NCBI RefSeq assembly: GCF_006345805.1
Contig: NC_043003.1
Coordinates: 88,598,001 to 88,662,000 of the forward strand
Source: Octopus sinensis
Lineage: Eukaryota
Reading direction: 5' to 3'
DNA length: 64,000 bases
Below the pieces are notes generated by a model, which saw only the letters and a program-made list of their open reading frames with translations, did not search any database and had not been told where the DNA came from. The position numbers and the translations under genes were made by a program. Position 1 is the first letter of the stretch; each line of letters starts with the position of its first letter. Of the stretch, positions 34,846 through 48,030 are shown piece by piece.

Positions 34846-36870
34846 GTCATCATCATTTAATATGTTTTCCATGCTGGCATGGGTGGGATGGTTTGATCAG
34901 AGCTGGTAAGGCCAGGAGCTGCACCAGGCTCCATTGTCTGTTCTGGCATGGTTTCTACAGCTAGATGCCCTTCCTAACACCAACTACTCCACAAAGTGTA
35001 CTGGGTGCTTTTAATGTGGCACCAGCACCAGTGCTTTTGTGTAGCATCAGCATCAGTATTAACTCTGCTGTGACAGACAGGTCTTCTTGAGTATAGCAAG
35101 TCACCAGATATCTTGGTCCTTTGTCATCTTTTGTAAGGTGCAGTGTCTTGAGATTGGAGCTTCAATACTTCATCCCATGTCTTCCTGGTCTCCCTCTTTC
35201 ACAAGTTCCATCCACCCTAAATGATTTGCACTTCTGTATGCAACTGTCTACATTCATATGCATTGCACAACCAAACCAGTGCAGTCTTCTCTTTTGCGCA
35301 CTGCATCTAATTCCTCTTATGCCCAAATTTTTTCTCAATACACTAGCGCTCTGTCACGCATTTACATTGCATATCCAGCAGAGCATACTAGCTTCATTAC
35401 TCCCTAGCCTTCACATGTCTTCTGTATTTAGGGCCCATGTCTCCCTACCATGTAGCATTGCTGTTCGTATACATGCATCATACAATCTTTTTTCTATCTC
35501 GTCTCTTGGAGAGAGAGGCTTTTGGTTATCAACAGAGGTAGAAGCTCTCTGAATTTTCTCCATCCTATTCTTATTCTAGTGATTACACTTTCTGTGCTTC
35601 CTTCTCCACAACTAATTAGGGCTCCTAGGTAACAGAAATTATCCACTACCTCTGAAGAGCCTCCAGGGCATTTGAGAAAATTGGTTTCCTGAGGAATTCC
35701 TGCCTACACCTTTTCTACCTATATAGAGCTAGGCCATTTGCCTGATGGAGAACGGGTCCTGTCCATTTTCTTGCCTACTGGAACCTTAGTCTTTGCTAAG
35801 TTAACCTTAAAGCCCTTTGATTCTAGGTTTTGTTTCCACCCTTGGAATTTCTTTTCTAGTTCTGTTACAAAGTCTACTATAAGAGCAAGATCATCAGCAT
35901 ATAACAGTTCCCAGAGGCAGCCAACCTTGAATTTCTCTGTTATAGCCTGGAGAATTATAATGAATTGGACTGAGAACTGAACTCTGATGAATGCCTACCT
36001 GTAAACTAAATTCATCACTATACTCACAGTTAGCTCTCACCTTACTAACAGAACCTCTGTTCATGGCTTGTACGGCTTTCACAAGCCACTTGCCTACCCC
36101 TAGCTTCCTTAGAGCTCAGCATATCATGCAGCGGGGTACTCTGTCAAAGGCTTTCTCTGAGTCAATAAACACTAAGTACAATGGTTTATTCTTGGCCAAG
36201 TACTTCTGCAGTTGTCTTGCCTGTAAAGATAGTATCAATTGCGCTTTCTGGCACAAAGCCAAACTGCATTTCATCTAATCTAATTCTGCTCCTAATTTAC
36301 TGGGCTGTAACTCTTTCCATCACTTTCATGACCTGATCTAGCAACTTGATACCTCTCTATTTAATTCTATCTAAAGCATATCCCTTACCTCTGTAGCAGC
36401 TGACCATAATGCTGCTATACCAGTCATTGGAGAAGACACCTTCCTGAATAACCTGATTAACTATATAGGTGACTAGAGCATATTGTACTCTTGCAGATAT
36501 TTTAAGCATCTCATCAATGACTCCCAATGAGCCAGTGGCTTTCCCTGTCTTCCTATCCTTAATTCCCTTATCTATTATACTGCTGTCAATATGAATAGTC
36601 ATTCCCTCTGTTGGGTTCACTTAGGGGAGATACCTTTTCTCCCATTCATTCTCCACATTTAAGAGTCTGTTATAGTAGCACTTGCACAGCTCTTTCTTTT
36701 CAGAGTCAGTGTGTGCAAGCATGCCATTATCCATACACACACACACTTCTCTCACAGCTAATTCCAACACAAATGTTTTTAACAATAAAGGATTAATTAC
36801 ATGGACATATAGTAGTGACAGACCTTTATAACATGAAACATTTACTAAACACGTTACACAAAAACATTCC
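34846..36870 (-). mobile_element. Old, degraded RTE LINE
   Basis: (CAT)n tail and 3' UTR at 34846-35040; broken RT/C-terminal frames (KATGSLGVIDEMLK, MKAVQAM...QVGIHQSSVLSP). Confidence 0.85.
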
Positions 36871-37885
36871 TGGATGTCACTGAGATTTGGTGAAGATATT
36901 TCTATCCACATCTCTATGCTCATTTACAAACAAAACTTTTATCTTGATTTAATTTTTTTGTATTCTTACTGTAAATATGACTTTACTAGAGTTACTTGTT
37001 TTCAATCACAGAATTAAGGGACATGACCAACTCAGATATAATCCACAATGGATTAGATGTAGTAGTTGACGAAAGTGATACTCTGTGAATAATTGTGGAA
37101 GATAGATTATTGTAAGTATAGTGCTTAAAGAAAAGGAGAACTGAGGAGTGAGAAATATTTTTACATTGGCAGATCTATTCAAACTAGATTCTATTTAGCT
37201 GTATGTTGATAATCTGGCACACAAAAATGGAAAATATTTTTGTCCACATTGACGAATTTTAGTGTAAGCCTCCTGTATTACGAAATTAAAAACAATTGAA
37301 AGAGTTAATTGAACTAAATGATTTCTACCATTGAAGGACATGGTCATTTTAAGTCAACTGCATCCAGTCCAGGGAAAGGTTATAAGGGTGATTGGCATAA
37401 ATGATACCTTTACTACTGCTTTTATAATGGCATCTGTTCCTTGGAATTGACTTGTTTCCTGTCACTTCCATACAGACACACTCAGCTTGCCTTTCTCTTC
37501 TCAACTCATCACCCATGTTGTCTGAACCTCCAGGTCTTTCCCACACAAACAATTCCATCTTCCCCCAGAACATGAAACCTCTGGAACTCTCCCCACCTGC
37601 TGGTGTTTTTTCTGCAGGTACTGACATGCAATAGTTTAAATGGAACATCTCACTAGTCTTGGAGAGAGGCTATCACAGTCACTGACCCTTCCAGCAAGGA
37701 AAGAAAAAGATTACTAATACATTTAGATTCTCACTCAAATTGGTACTTTATTCAATAAGTCAATACTTTATTCAAATAGTCTACTAAAAATTAGAACTTG
37801 TACAACAAACTCAATTAAAAATAAGAATCAAGAAAATCCATTACTAAATTAATACTAGATCTCTGTTGAAAATATAAGATTTGTA

Positions 37886-39728
37886 TTTCATCATCATCAT
37901 AATTGTTTAATGTCCATTTTCCTTGCTAGCGTGGGTTGGGTGGTTCCACTGGGGTTTGAGAAGCCAAGAGGCTGCACCAAGCTCCAGTCTGATCTGGCAG
38001 TGTTTCTACAGCTGGATGCCCTTCCTAATGCCAACCACTCCGTGATTGTAGTGGGCGCCTTTTACGTGCCAGCGGAGGCCACAAACGGTTGGTGCTTTTT
38101 ACATGCCACCAGCATGGAAGCCCGTCAAGGCAGCACTGGCATCGGCCATGTTCGGATGGTGCTTTTTACGAGCCACTAGCACGAGTATCACAACTACAAT
38201 TTCCATTTGATTTTTATTTTGATATTGATGTACTTGACTCAATAGGTCTCCTCAAGCACAGCAGGTTGCCCTACAACCCAAGGTAAGCACAGCAGGCCGT
38301 CCTGCAATCCAAGGTACTTTGGATGGGTCGGGGCTGCTATGTGAAGCTGGTGCAGGAAACAGTCATGAACTCACATTTTTTGTCAGGTCTTCGCAGTCAC
38401 AGCATATCTCCAGAGGTCTCAGTCTTTCGTCATTGCCTCTGTGAGGCCCAACGTTCGAAGGTCATGCTTGACCACCTCATCTCATGTTTTCCTGGGTCTA
38501 CCTCTACCCTGGATTCCTTCAACTGTTTGGGAGTGGCACTTCTTCACACCTCTCCTCATCCATCCGTAGTACATGACCATACCAGCACAAACGTCTCTCT
38601 TGCACGCTACATCCAATGCTTCTTATGTTCAGCATTTCTCTCAGGGCGCTTACACTCTGTCCTGTGGTCACACTGACAATACACTTCCAATGGATCATGC
38701 TAGCTTCATTTCTTTCAGGCCTATGCTTGTCCTCTGCAGTCATGGTTCATCTTTCACTGCCATGAAGCATGGCAGTTCACACACGTGTCGTACAATCTAC
38801 CTTTCACTCTGAGCAAGAGACCCTTTGTCACCAGTAGGGGTAGAAGCTTTCTAAACTTTGTGCAGGCTATTCTTATTCTAGAGGTGACACTCCCTGAGCA
38901 TCCACCTCCACTACTAACTTGGTCACCTAGGTAGCGGAAACTATCAACTACTTCTAGTTTCTCCCCCTGGAGTGTGATGGAATCTGTTTTCTGAGTATCT
39001 GTGGTGTCTATTGCCCCTGTTCATCTGCTGCACAAGAAAGCTATCTTCTTGGTTAGTTTTTCTTTGATGTTGCTGCACCTCTTATGCATCCATAGCTTAC
39101 ACTGGGTACATCTTATGGAGTTTCTACCTACACCTTTTCTACAGATCGAGCAGGACCACCTACCTGAGGGGATGTGTGATGAGTTCACCTTCCTACTTAC
39201 TATAACTTTGGTCTTTGCTATATTGACTCTAAGGCATTTTGATTCTAAACTTTGCTTCCACACCTGAAATTTCTTTTCTAGTTCCGGTAGTGATTCTGCT
39301 ATGAGGGCCAGGTCATCAGCATAGAGGAGCTCCCAGGGGCAACCTATCTTGAATTTCTCTGTTATTGCCTGGAGTACTATGATGAATTCTTCACTATACT
39401 CATTGCCAATCCTAACCTTACTAATAGCCTCTCTGTATAGGGCCTGTACAGCCCTTATTAACCATTTGTCAATCTCCAGTTTCCGCATCGCCCACCAGAT
39501 AAGGGATCAGGGAACCCTGCCAAAGGCTTTCTCCAAATCCACAAAAGCTAAGTATAGGGGTTTATCTTTAGCTAAGTATTTCTCCTGCAGTTGTCGAACC
39601 AGGAATATGGCATCAGTGGTGCTTCTACCTGGCACAAAACCGAACTGCATCTCATCTAAGCAGACTCTCTCCCTGATGAGATGGGCTATGACCCTCTCCG
39701 TGACCTTCATCACCTGATCTAGCAGTTC
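37886..39728 (-). mobile_element. Degraded, internally deleted RTE LINE
   Basis: (CAT)n tail; MMKVTERVIA...FVDLEKAFGRVP; PWELLYADDL; PHD segment CSICRKGVGRNSIRCTQCKLWMHKRC. Confidence 0.9.
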
Positions 39729-41139
39729 TGTTTGTTCTTAATAATCTAAAATATTCCAACTAATTTGTTTGGGTGAGGGAGAGACAATGCTGACACCTCT
39801 GCTGCAAAATTTCCAAAGTTTTTATAAAAAGACAAAGCAATAAAATGAATGGAAAGAAGGCTGAAGATACTCATGCTTCAAAACACTTGAAGATTCCACC
39901 ATACAGAAATGACAAAGGACTGAGATGATTGGTGATATATGAAGGCCCATATATCTCAACAAAAGTGAGGATCTAAAAGCATTGTTTATGTCTACACACA
40001 CAGTAGGCCCAGCTTTGCACCCAATCTGTTCTTGTCAAGCCTTCCCCCTACCTCTTACCTTCTTACTATGTATCTTCTCAGTTTTCTAACTAAAGCATTG
40101 TTCAGCTACTGTAATTGTATGAGACTAGAATATGCATGAAATATTAAATAGAATTCTTCCTCCTTTACTTGTCACCTGTTAAGAGGCAACATGGCTTGTT
40201 TCAGTGATGTCAGAGACTTAACAAATCTCTTCTTTTCACCCAACAACCTTCACAGAAGCAACCAAATACCAATGCCAACTAGATCTGCAATGACACATTT
40301 CTTCCAAGCTTTTATATCCTTTCACATCACTTAGTAAGTAGTAAATTGTCTATGATAACCAGAAATTTCTTGAGAACTACTAATAAGCTTTATAAGTTGT
40401 TTATCTTGTAATGGTAAATAAAAACCAATATTTTATCCCATTTTTGTGCTTCAGTTACCTCCCTCTCTCCCTGGAACTACTTCATTGAAGTATACATAGA
40501 ACTGTATTTTAGAATATATGCGTAAAATTTCCAAGTTACTTTTTTTTTTTTTTGGCAATATTTACAATATTCCACCAATCCTCCCTTTCTGTGTTTCCAG
40601 TAATCTCTGAGCTATGTCTTAAGACTGCCATATCTCATCCTTAACACCCTCTCTTATCTGGTATCATTCTTAACACCTATTGATGGCCTTCCTGTTTTTG
40701 TCCCCTATTCATTATAACTTCCTCTGCAAACCCTTGATACCCAGCTTTCTCTTTCTCTCTGCCACCACCCTTCCATCCTGCCCATCATCTTCCTGTTTTC
40801 CGACCTACCAACAAGCTTTTTTATTCTGCTGCTTCCCACCCTTCTTGAATCATCACTTATCACCTCCTCCTTCCTGAACAACTATTTCTTTTGCCTCCCC
40901 CAACATACTAATATTTATTATTGACCACATATCCATCCTTCACAACATTAACTTCTACTCTTATCTCTAACTACCTGTCACACTTCTATGAACTTATCCA
41001 TCCACTCCACCTAGTCCTTTCTCCATATTCACCTTCTTGTAACATGAGAGTACAGTAAGACACCTGTTCCTGTCACTTCTACCATACTTTAGCCTTTCCT
41101 GCAACTGGCATATAGCTACCTCCCACTTTACTACAACCC

Positions 41140-41310
41140 CATTCAGTCGATGGGTCAGCCAGTACACTCTTTAAAGTGGTTGGGATTAGGAAAGGCATCA
41201 AGCCATAGAAACCATGTCAAAACAGACATTGGAGTTCATTGGATCCTGTTAAACCAGCCAATCCATGTTAGTAACGAAGATAGATATTAATTGATGATAA
41301 TGATGACTCA
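41140..41310 (+). mobile_element. Degraded RTE-type 3' end in plus orientation
   Basis: GTGGTTGGGATTAGGAAAGGCATC...TAGAAACCATG...GATGATAATGATG is the reverse complement of the usual tail. Confidence 0.6.
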
Positions 41311-41769
41311 GTTATTATTATATAAGGTTTAAATTTCAAGTAAAAGATCGTCTGAGAATTCCTTAATGTTACTACCAGTATGTGACATAAAAAAAAAAAT
41401 CATTCTATAGAAATATTTCTCAGAATTGTGACATAGCACTTTTCTGATCCATGTAAAACTCCTGCTTTATCATAGGTCTTCACATTTGGTAATATTATTA
41501 CTATTATAAGGAAGAGAGAATATATCTACCTGTTTTTTTATAATTGTAGTCATTTTGACAAATATTTGAAGATTAAATCATGATATTAAAAAAAAAATAA
41601 TCACATCATCTTTTGACTAGATATCCAGATATTCAAGCATTTTTTCCAACCTGTCTACACTCGGAAATATTTTTTTAGTTAGATGCACTAGTTCTTTATT
41701 TAATCAAAATCTTATTTCAATGAATTCTACCGATTAAGCTACGCGATAAAATGGAAAGTCACGAATGTC

Positions 41770-41812
41770 GGCCATCTGATCACGTGACTTTACGGTGGCA
41801 AAATGGCGACTA
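41770..41812 (+). promoter_or_regulatory. PPIE promoter-proximal motifs (E-box TCACGTGA, YY1-like AAAATGGCG)
   Basis: GATCACGTGAC at 41779-41789; AAAATGGCG overlapping the start codon; locally CpG-rich. Confidence 0.5.
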
Positions 41813-41833
41813 ACAAACGTGTTGTGTATGTCG
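41803..41833 (+). CDS. PPIE: Peptidyl-prolyl isomerase E (cyclophilin E/Cyp33), coding exon 1
   Basis: ATG GCG ACT AAC AAA CGT GTT GTG TAT GTC G then GTGAGT donor = MATNKRVVYVG (human MATTKRVLYVG); phase 1 matches exon 2. Confidence 0.88.
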
Positions 41834-42934
41834 GTGAGTATTTATAATACAGATGGTAATTCAGTTTTTAACTTGTATTTAAAAAAAAAGTTATAGCTTT
41901 GATAATAGTTACTTATTTCACTTTGGTGACTTTTGTTGCAATCGCCCGAAAGAAGTTAGATTTTATTACTCTATCCGGTACCCCATATGACGCCGGGCAA
42001 AATGCATTTTGTTCGACTTCAAATTCAAATTCCGCCGAGGTCGACTTTGTCCTTCACCCTTGCAGTGTCGATAAAATAAGTACCAGCTGAGTACTTGAGA
42101 TCGATGAAATAGACTTCCTCCCTCCCTCGAAATTGTGCTAATGTTCGAAACTGAAGCATGCGCTATATATAGTTTGTCTTCCTCTGTAAAAAGGAGCCCA
42201 TTGCACCATATATATTTTCTCTTCTGTAAAATTGCTTATATGTTTACACACGAAAGCTATACGCGTAGTTGTCGTCAATTTCATATTTTAAGGTGTGCAT
42301 GTTCAGTTTTAAGTTTCAAATTTATTTACCCTCCCCCCCTAATCAGATTTTTACTGTTCGAGCAAACCTATAGTCAAAAACCTTTCCAGCTGTGACCATC
42401 TTATCCTGACTTTGCTCGAATTTTGAATTAATTGTTAATAGCGAAATGCTGTAGTGTAAATGGGAAGCTACCAGCAAATCAGATAAACTTAAGCATTTAC
42501 CTCTGTTATAACATTTTCTCTCACTACAACATCCTTTCAACCTCCCCCACCAAAAGAAAAAGTGTGTTGGGTGGACTTCTGTCGTACGTTGCTGTTCAAA
42601 TAGCGCGACTACCTTATTTCATTGCATTCCTCTTTTTTAAAGTCTTATGGAAGACATTTCACTACTATTCTCGCAGTTCGAGCGACTGGTTACTTGGTTG
42701 GGTTGATGATATCTTAACTAAACATATATTCCTTCACAAAAACTTGTACATCTTTTTCTGGAGACTAAAATTAAATTATGCCTCTTCGCTACTTCATTTG
42801 TAGTTTTTATTAACCCCGACCAACTCTAGACAATATCCATTGCCACAAATAATGGGATCCATATATATTGTAAAGGTTTTCAATGAAAAATGTTCCCTGC
42901 CCCCTCTTATATTTTATCAAATCTTATTTACGGC

Positions 42935-44150
42935 GGAGTTTCGGGTCAGGACGTCCACCTAAGTTGGATTTTCTCCTTTTCGACGAGGATTTTTCCAAAT
43001 TCTTTTCACTACGGCCTTCGAAACGTTGGTAGGGTGGGGGTGTTGATGCATCTTTTTATGAAATGAAATTTTTTGAAAATTTATGGTTTTTATCCACCCC
43101 GACTTTCTTTTTTGTGCTACACACTTAAAAACCGCGGGAAAAGCGGTACTATTTAAGAAGTGTGGTCCCGGTGCGCGCACTCGCGTTAGCTAGTCGTGAC
43201 TAGTCGATCCTATAACGACTACCTAGCAAAGTAAATAAAACACAAAATATATAATTGTTGTTTCTAGCATATCTCACAATCACCTTCTTCGTTTCTTTGT
43301 CACTCACACATATTGATTCTTTGCAATAATTTCTTTCCAATTTTCGTCTGTCTTTACATTCTGAGTTCAAATTCCGCCGAGGTCGACTGTCTTTCATCCT
43401 TTCGGGGTCGATAAATTAAGTACCAGTTGCGTACTGGTTCGATCCAATCGACTGTCCCCCTCGCTCACCAAAAATTTCGTTCCTTGTGCCTAGAGTAGAA
43501 AAGAATATTTTCTTCCCACAAGCGCATTTTATGGAATGAAGTAACAAATGCGTGGTACATTGCTGATATATAAGCACGTACAAATATATAATTTTTATTT
43601 TTAACCATCCCCCAAACCAAACGAGGCCATGTGTTAGAAAAATCATTTACTAACAGAGACGTATACTATCAAAATAAATTATTTTACATGCCTTTGTTAA
43701 ATCACTGGACAACTTTCTTAGTCTCTTCAATATTATAAACAATTTTTTGAAAAGATTACAAATTTTCAATTGTATTTTTAAAAGCATAAATGTGTTTATG
43801 GGGAGAAAAATATTGAAAAACATCAATACATGTGCAAGTGACAAAAGAGACGAGGAAGATGGTCATGGGATGTGCTAGAAACAACAGCTAAATTTCCCGT
43901 ATATCAATCACACCTTTTCGTTTGAAAATACGTTTTTTTTCCACTGAAAAGACTTTACGTAATGGTTTTCAAAACAGTTGGCCGAAATCAATCGAGGGAG
44001 GTGGGGAAAAAAATCATAAATTTCCCCAATTTTTTTTTCATAAAAGGATGGTCTTTATCATTTCGAAGACCGTGGTGAAAAGAAATTGGGAAAATCCCCG
44101 TCAAAATGGATAAAATCCAACTTATGTGAGTGTCGTGATCCGAAATCCAG
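42935..44150. repeat. Older inverted-repeat element (arms about 42935-43135 and 43955-44150) containing a SINE B piece (43345-43510)
   Basis: TTTCGGGTCAGGACGTCCACCTAAGTTGGATTTTCTCC...TTCTTTTCACTACGGCCTTCGAAA mirrored, with divergence, by TTTCGAAGACCGTGGTGAAAAGAA...AAAATCCAACTTATGTGAGTGTCGTGATCCGAAA. Confidence 0.75.
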
Positions 44151-44199
44151 CAATGTACACTACTTCCTATTACCTTTATTACAATACATATGATTGAAG

Positions 44200-46125
44200 G
44201 GTTAATATAGGGCGTAACAAATATCAGAAAATCAAAAAAAAAATGTGTGTAATAGGTGTAAAACAACTTCCTATGAACGAATATGAAAAAAAAAATTCGC
44301 GCACGCGAAAGGGGGGTGGGGGAGAGGCCTCGGAAAATTCACATCGGGAAGTTCCGAAAGCGTCTGAGGGGCTGACCCGGGCACCAAAACAAAAAAAAAA
44401 TAGTGTAATATGTGTAAAACAACTTGCTCTAAACGAATATGACAAAAAAAATGCGCTCTCGCGAAAGAGGGGTGGGGGAGAGGCCTCGGAATATTTATAT
44501 CGGGAATTTCCGAAAGCGTCTGAACCGGGCACAAAAACAAAAACAAAAACAGCGTAATAGGTGTAAAACAACTTGCTCTAAACGACTATCATGAAAAAAA
44601 TGCGCGCTCGCGAAAGGGGGGTGGGGGAGAGGCTTCGGAAATTTCACATCTTCAGTCCACGGCCTTTAAACTAAGAAAAAATAGTGTAATTGGTGTAAAA
44701 CTACTTGTTCTAAACGAGTATCAAGAACACACACTCACACATGAATCATAAACTCCGTATTTCGCAAAAAAAAAAAATAAAGAGAAGAAATTCTGGAAAA
44801 AGTGAAGAAATGTTGGATCTCCGCCATGTGAATCAAAATACGTGTCAGAAACATCTTGAAATACTACAGAAATTATGTTACGAAAATGATAATGTATACA
44901 TACCTCTTTGAGTGGTCCATCGACAATGATGATAAAGAAATGAGTTGGATTTGAACTCAGAATATTGACTAACACAACTACATACTACAAGACTCAAAAT
45001 ATTCAGCCAAGTCACCACCCTTTAACTAGCAATAATAATAACATCAATAACATAACAGCCAAAAGATTTATTTGTTCTGAAAATAACAATCATAGTAAAT
45101 AAATATGTTCTTTAATATTCACATTCATGTGCACAGTTAAACACACTTACATACAAACAGTCACGCATGCATAATACAGAACGGAACACATAAATGAAGG
45201 ATGCATTACTTAGTATATATTACATCTAGAGAATTTTGATTAATAAGTCAAATATGCAAATTATAAAGATAATTAATTGCTTTACTAAACAGTGTTGTAA
45301 AGGTGAAAAAATAAATTTGGGAAAAAAATACACGCCAAAACTAATTAATAAAGGATAATTAGGGAAGGATTGACACAAAATAATAATTTTTTCTGTCTCT
45401 TTTTTCTGATAAATGCATCTTAATAAGTGAAAAGAATTGCATATATCTGAACTATTTCAAAGAAAAGCATAAATTTAATGTTTAAAATAGCTTTAACCAA
45501 GGAATGAGATCCAACATTTCTTCACTTTTTCCAGAATTTCTTCTCTTTATTTTTTTTTTTTGCGAAATACGGAGTTTATGATTCATGTGTGAGTGTGTGT
45601 TCTTGATACTCGTTTAGAACAAGTAGTTTTACACCAATTACACTATTTTTTCTTAGTTTAAAGGCCGTGGACTGAAGATGTGAAATTCCGAAGCCTCTCC
45701 CCCACCCCCCTTTCGCGAGCGCGCATTTTTTTCATGATAGTCGTTTAGAGCAAGTTGTTTTACACCTATTACGCTGTTTTTGTTTTTGTTTTTGTGCCCG
45801 GTTCAGACGCTTTCGGAAATTCCCGATATAAATATTCCGAGGCCTCTCCCCCACCCCTCTTTCGCGAGAGCGCATTTTTTTGTCATATTCGTTTAGAGCA
45901 AGTTGTTTTACACATATTACACTATTTTTTTTTTGTTTTGGTGCCCGGGTCAGCTCCTCAGACGCTTTCGGAACTTCCCGATGTGAATTTTCCGAGGCCT
46001 CTCCCCCACCCCCCTTTCGCGTGCGCGAATTTTTTTTTTCATATTCGTTCATAGGAAGTTGTTTTACACCTATTACACACATTTTTTTTTTGATTTTCTG
46101 ATATTTGTTACGCCCTATATTAACC
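44200..46125. mobile_element. Young non-autonomous foldback DNA transposon; TIRs 44200-44821 and 45506-46125, 8-bp TSD GATTGAAG
   Basis: Near-perfect arms of about 620 bp built from about 155-bp tandem subunits; 684-bp AT-rich spacer; GATTGAAG at 44192-44199 and 46126-46133. Confidence 0.92.
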
Positions 46126-46133
46126 GATTGAAG

Positions 46134-46552
46134 TACACCATTTCACCGGTCGTAACTTTTTTTTTAGTTTTGATATTTTCAGAAAATTTCTCACAATGAC
46201 AAAAAAGTTTTTTCCTAAATCTTCTTAAGTTTATCCTAAATTTCCCCATTTTGTTTACCTGAATGATGTCCTATTTTTGTTTGTTCCTAATGAAATATTG
46301 CTTCTTTTTTATATTGTTCCAAATAATTATTTTGTTTATCTGAAAATAATACCTTATGTATCTTCCAAATGATTTTTATTTATAGTTTGTCCCGAATTAC
46401 CCCCCAAAATTTGAGAATTTCAGACAGGCGATAAAAAAATTTCAATTAAATATTTTTTTTCTCGTTTAACTGTACAAGATGGACTTTGTAGAACTCAAAT
46501 TTGAAAAAAAATCTGAAAATATCAAACGTTACGACTGGTAAAATGGAGTCTT
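46134..46552. repeat. Short diverged inverted-repeat (MITE-like) element
   Basis: CCATTTCACCGGTCGTAAC...TTTGATATTTTCAGA mirrored by TCTGAAAATATCAAACGTTACGACTGGTAAAATGG. Confidence 0.6.
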
Positions 46553-46616
46553 TTGATCAGAACTCTACACATCGGTGTCTGATTCTTCAAATATCTGCAT
46601 AATTTTTAAAAACGTG

Positions 46617-46980
46617 CAGGCATGGCTGCATGTGTAGGCATGGTTCAGTCCCACTGTGTGGTACCTTGAGCAAGTGACTTCTACTATAACCTTGGGCTAA
46701 CTAAAGCTTTGTGAGTGGATTTCTTAGACGGAGACTGAAAGAAACTTGTCATATATATGTATATCTATGTTTGTCCTCCACCACCATTTGACAACTGATG
46801 TTGGTGTGTTTACGCCTCTATAACTTAGCAGTTTGGCAAAGAAACCAATAGAACAAGTACTGAGCTTTACAAAAATTAATATGTACTAGGGTTGATATAA
46901 GTTTGAGTAAATTTCTTTTAGGCAGTGCCTCAGCATGGCTGCAATCTAATGAATGAATCAAAAGATAAAAGATTAAAAAG
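46617..46980 (+). mobile_element. SINE family A, degraded full length
   Basis: GGTTCAGTCCCACTGTGTGG...GACAACTGATGTTGGTGTGTTTACG...CAGCATGGCTGCA. Confidence 0.8.
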
Positions 46981-47649
46981 GTTTGCAAAAGACGCCAAGG
47001 CTGAAATATTACAGAAAGGGGTGAGGTAGGGGTAAACATCTTCCTGCTAAGTTTAGTAATCTTTAATATCTTATATCTCTCAATAATAATTGTTTCTAAT
47101 GAATATAAGTGTGTTTATGTTTGTTATTTATTTTCAGACTTATATGATATTTAATATTACAAATTCTGCCCTGAAACATGCTGAGTATATATGTTGCTTG
47201 CTTTGATATGTGCATATAACAACACATCATCATCATCAATATTTGATGTCTGTTTTCCACCATCATCAATATTTAATGTCTGTTTTCCATGGTTTGGATG
47301 GCTTGACAGGAACTGACAAGTACAGGGGCCACACCAGGCTCCATAGTCTGTTTTGGTTTGGTTTATACAGCTGGATGCCCTTCCTAATGCCAACCACTCC
47401 ACAGAATGTATTGGGTGACACCAGCACCCACACCAAAAAATGTGATGGAAAGAATGCCAAATAGACATTTATTAGGATGAATTCTTACACCAAATTGTGA
47501 TAATTGAGTAAAAAGTTATTCCAAATTAAGAAAATGTTGCTTGTCTGTACAGCTAAATCATCAGTGTAGGCAAAAACAAATTGCAAACCACAAATGAACT
47601 CATCAATAAACCTTTGAAAAGTATTAGCTGCATTACAAAATCTGAATTC

Positions 47650-48030
47650 ATCATCATCATTTAATACCCTCCTTCCATGTTGGCATGGGTTGGATGGTTT
47701 GACAGGAGTTGCCCATGCAGGAGCCTGCACCATGTTTCTGGTTTGTTGGGGTAGAGTGTGTGAAAATTTTTTTTGTTATGTGTCAGGTTCACTGACATGG
47801 GCAAGTCTTCTCTAGAACCTCATATCACTAGACATCCCTTCCATTGTCATTTTCTTTGTGAACTCCAACATCCTGAAATTGCTCCTCACCACTTCAGCCC
47901 ATGTCTTCCTGAGTCTCCATCTTTCACAGGTACCACCCACTTTCGTTGACCAACATCTCTTTATACAGGTGTCTTCATTCATATGCATCACATGTCCAAA
48001 CCAACATAGTTTCCTCTCTTGCATGCTGCA
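47650..48030 (-). mobile_element. RTE 3' fragment nested in Gypsy RT
   Basis: (CAT)n tail; MQERKLCWFGHVMHMNED...GRLRKTWAEVV. Confidence 0.8.

Noticed and set aside
44224-46101. Paired 70-116 aa ORFs in both arms, and repeat units that might suggest a CRISPR array
   Set aside because: The ORFs are translations of the TIR subrepeats mirrored by the palindrome; the units are about 155-bp tandem copies without unique spacers, in eukaryotic DNA
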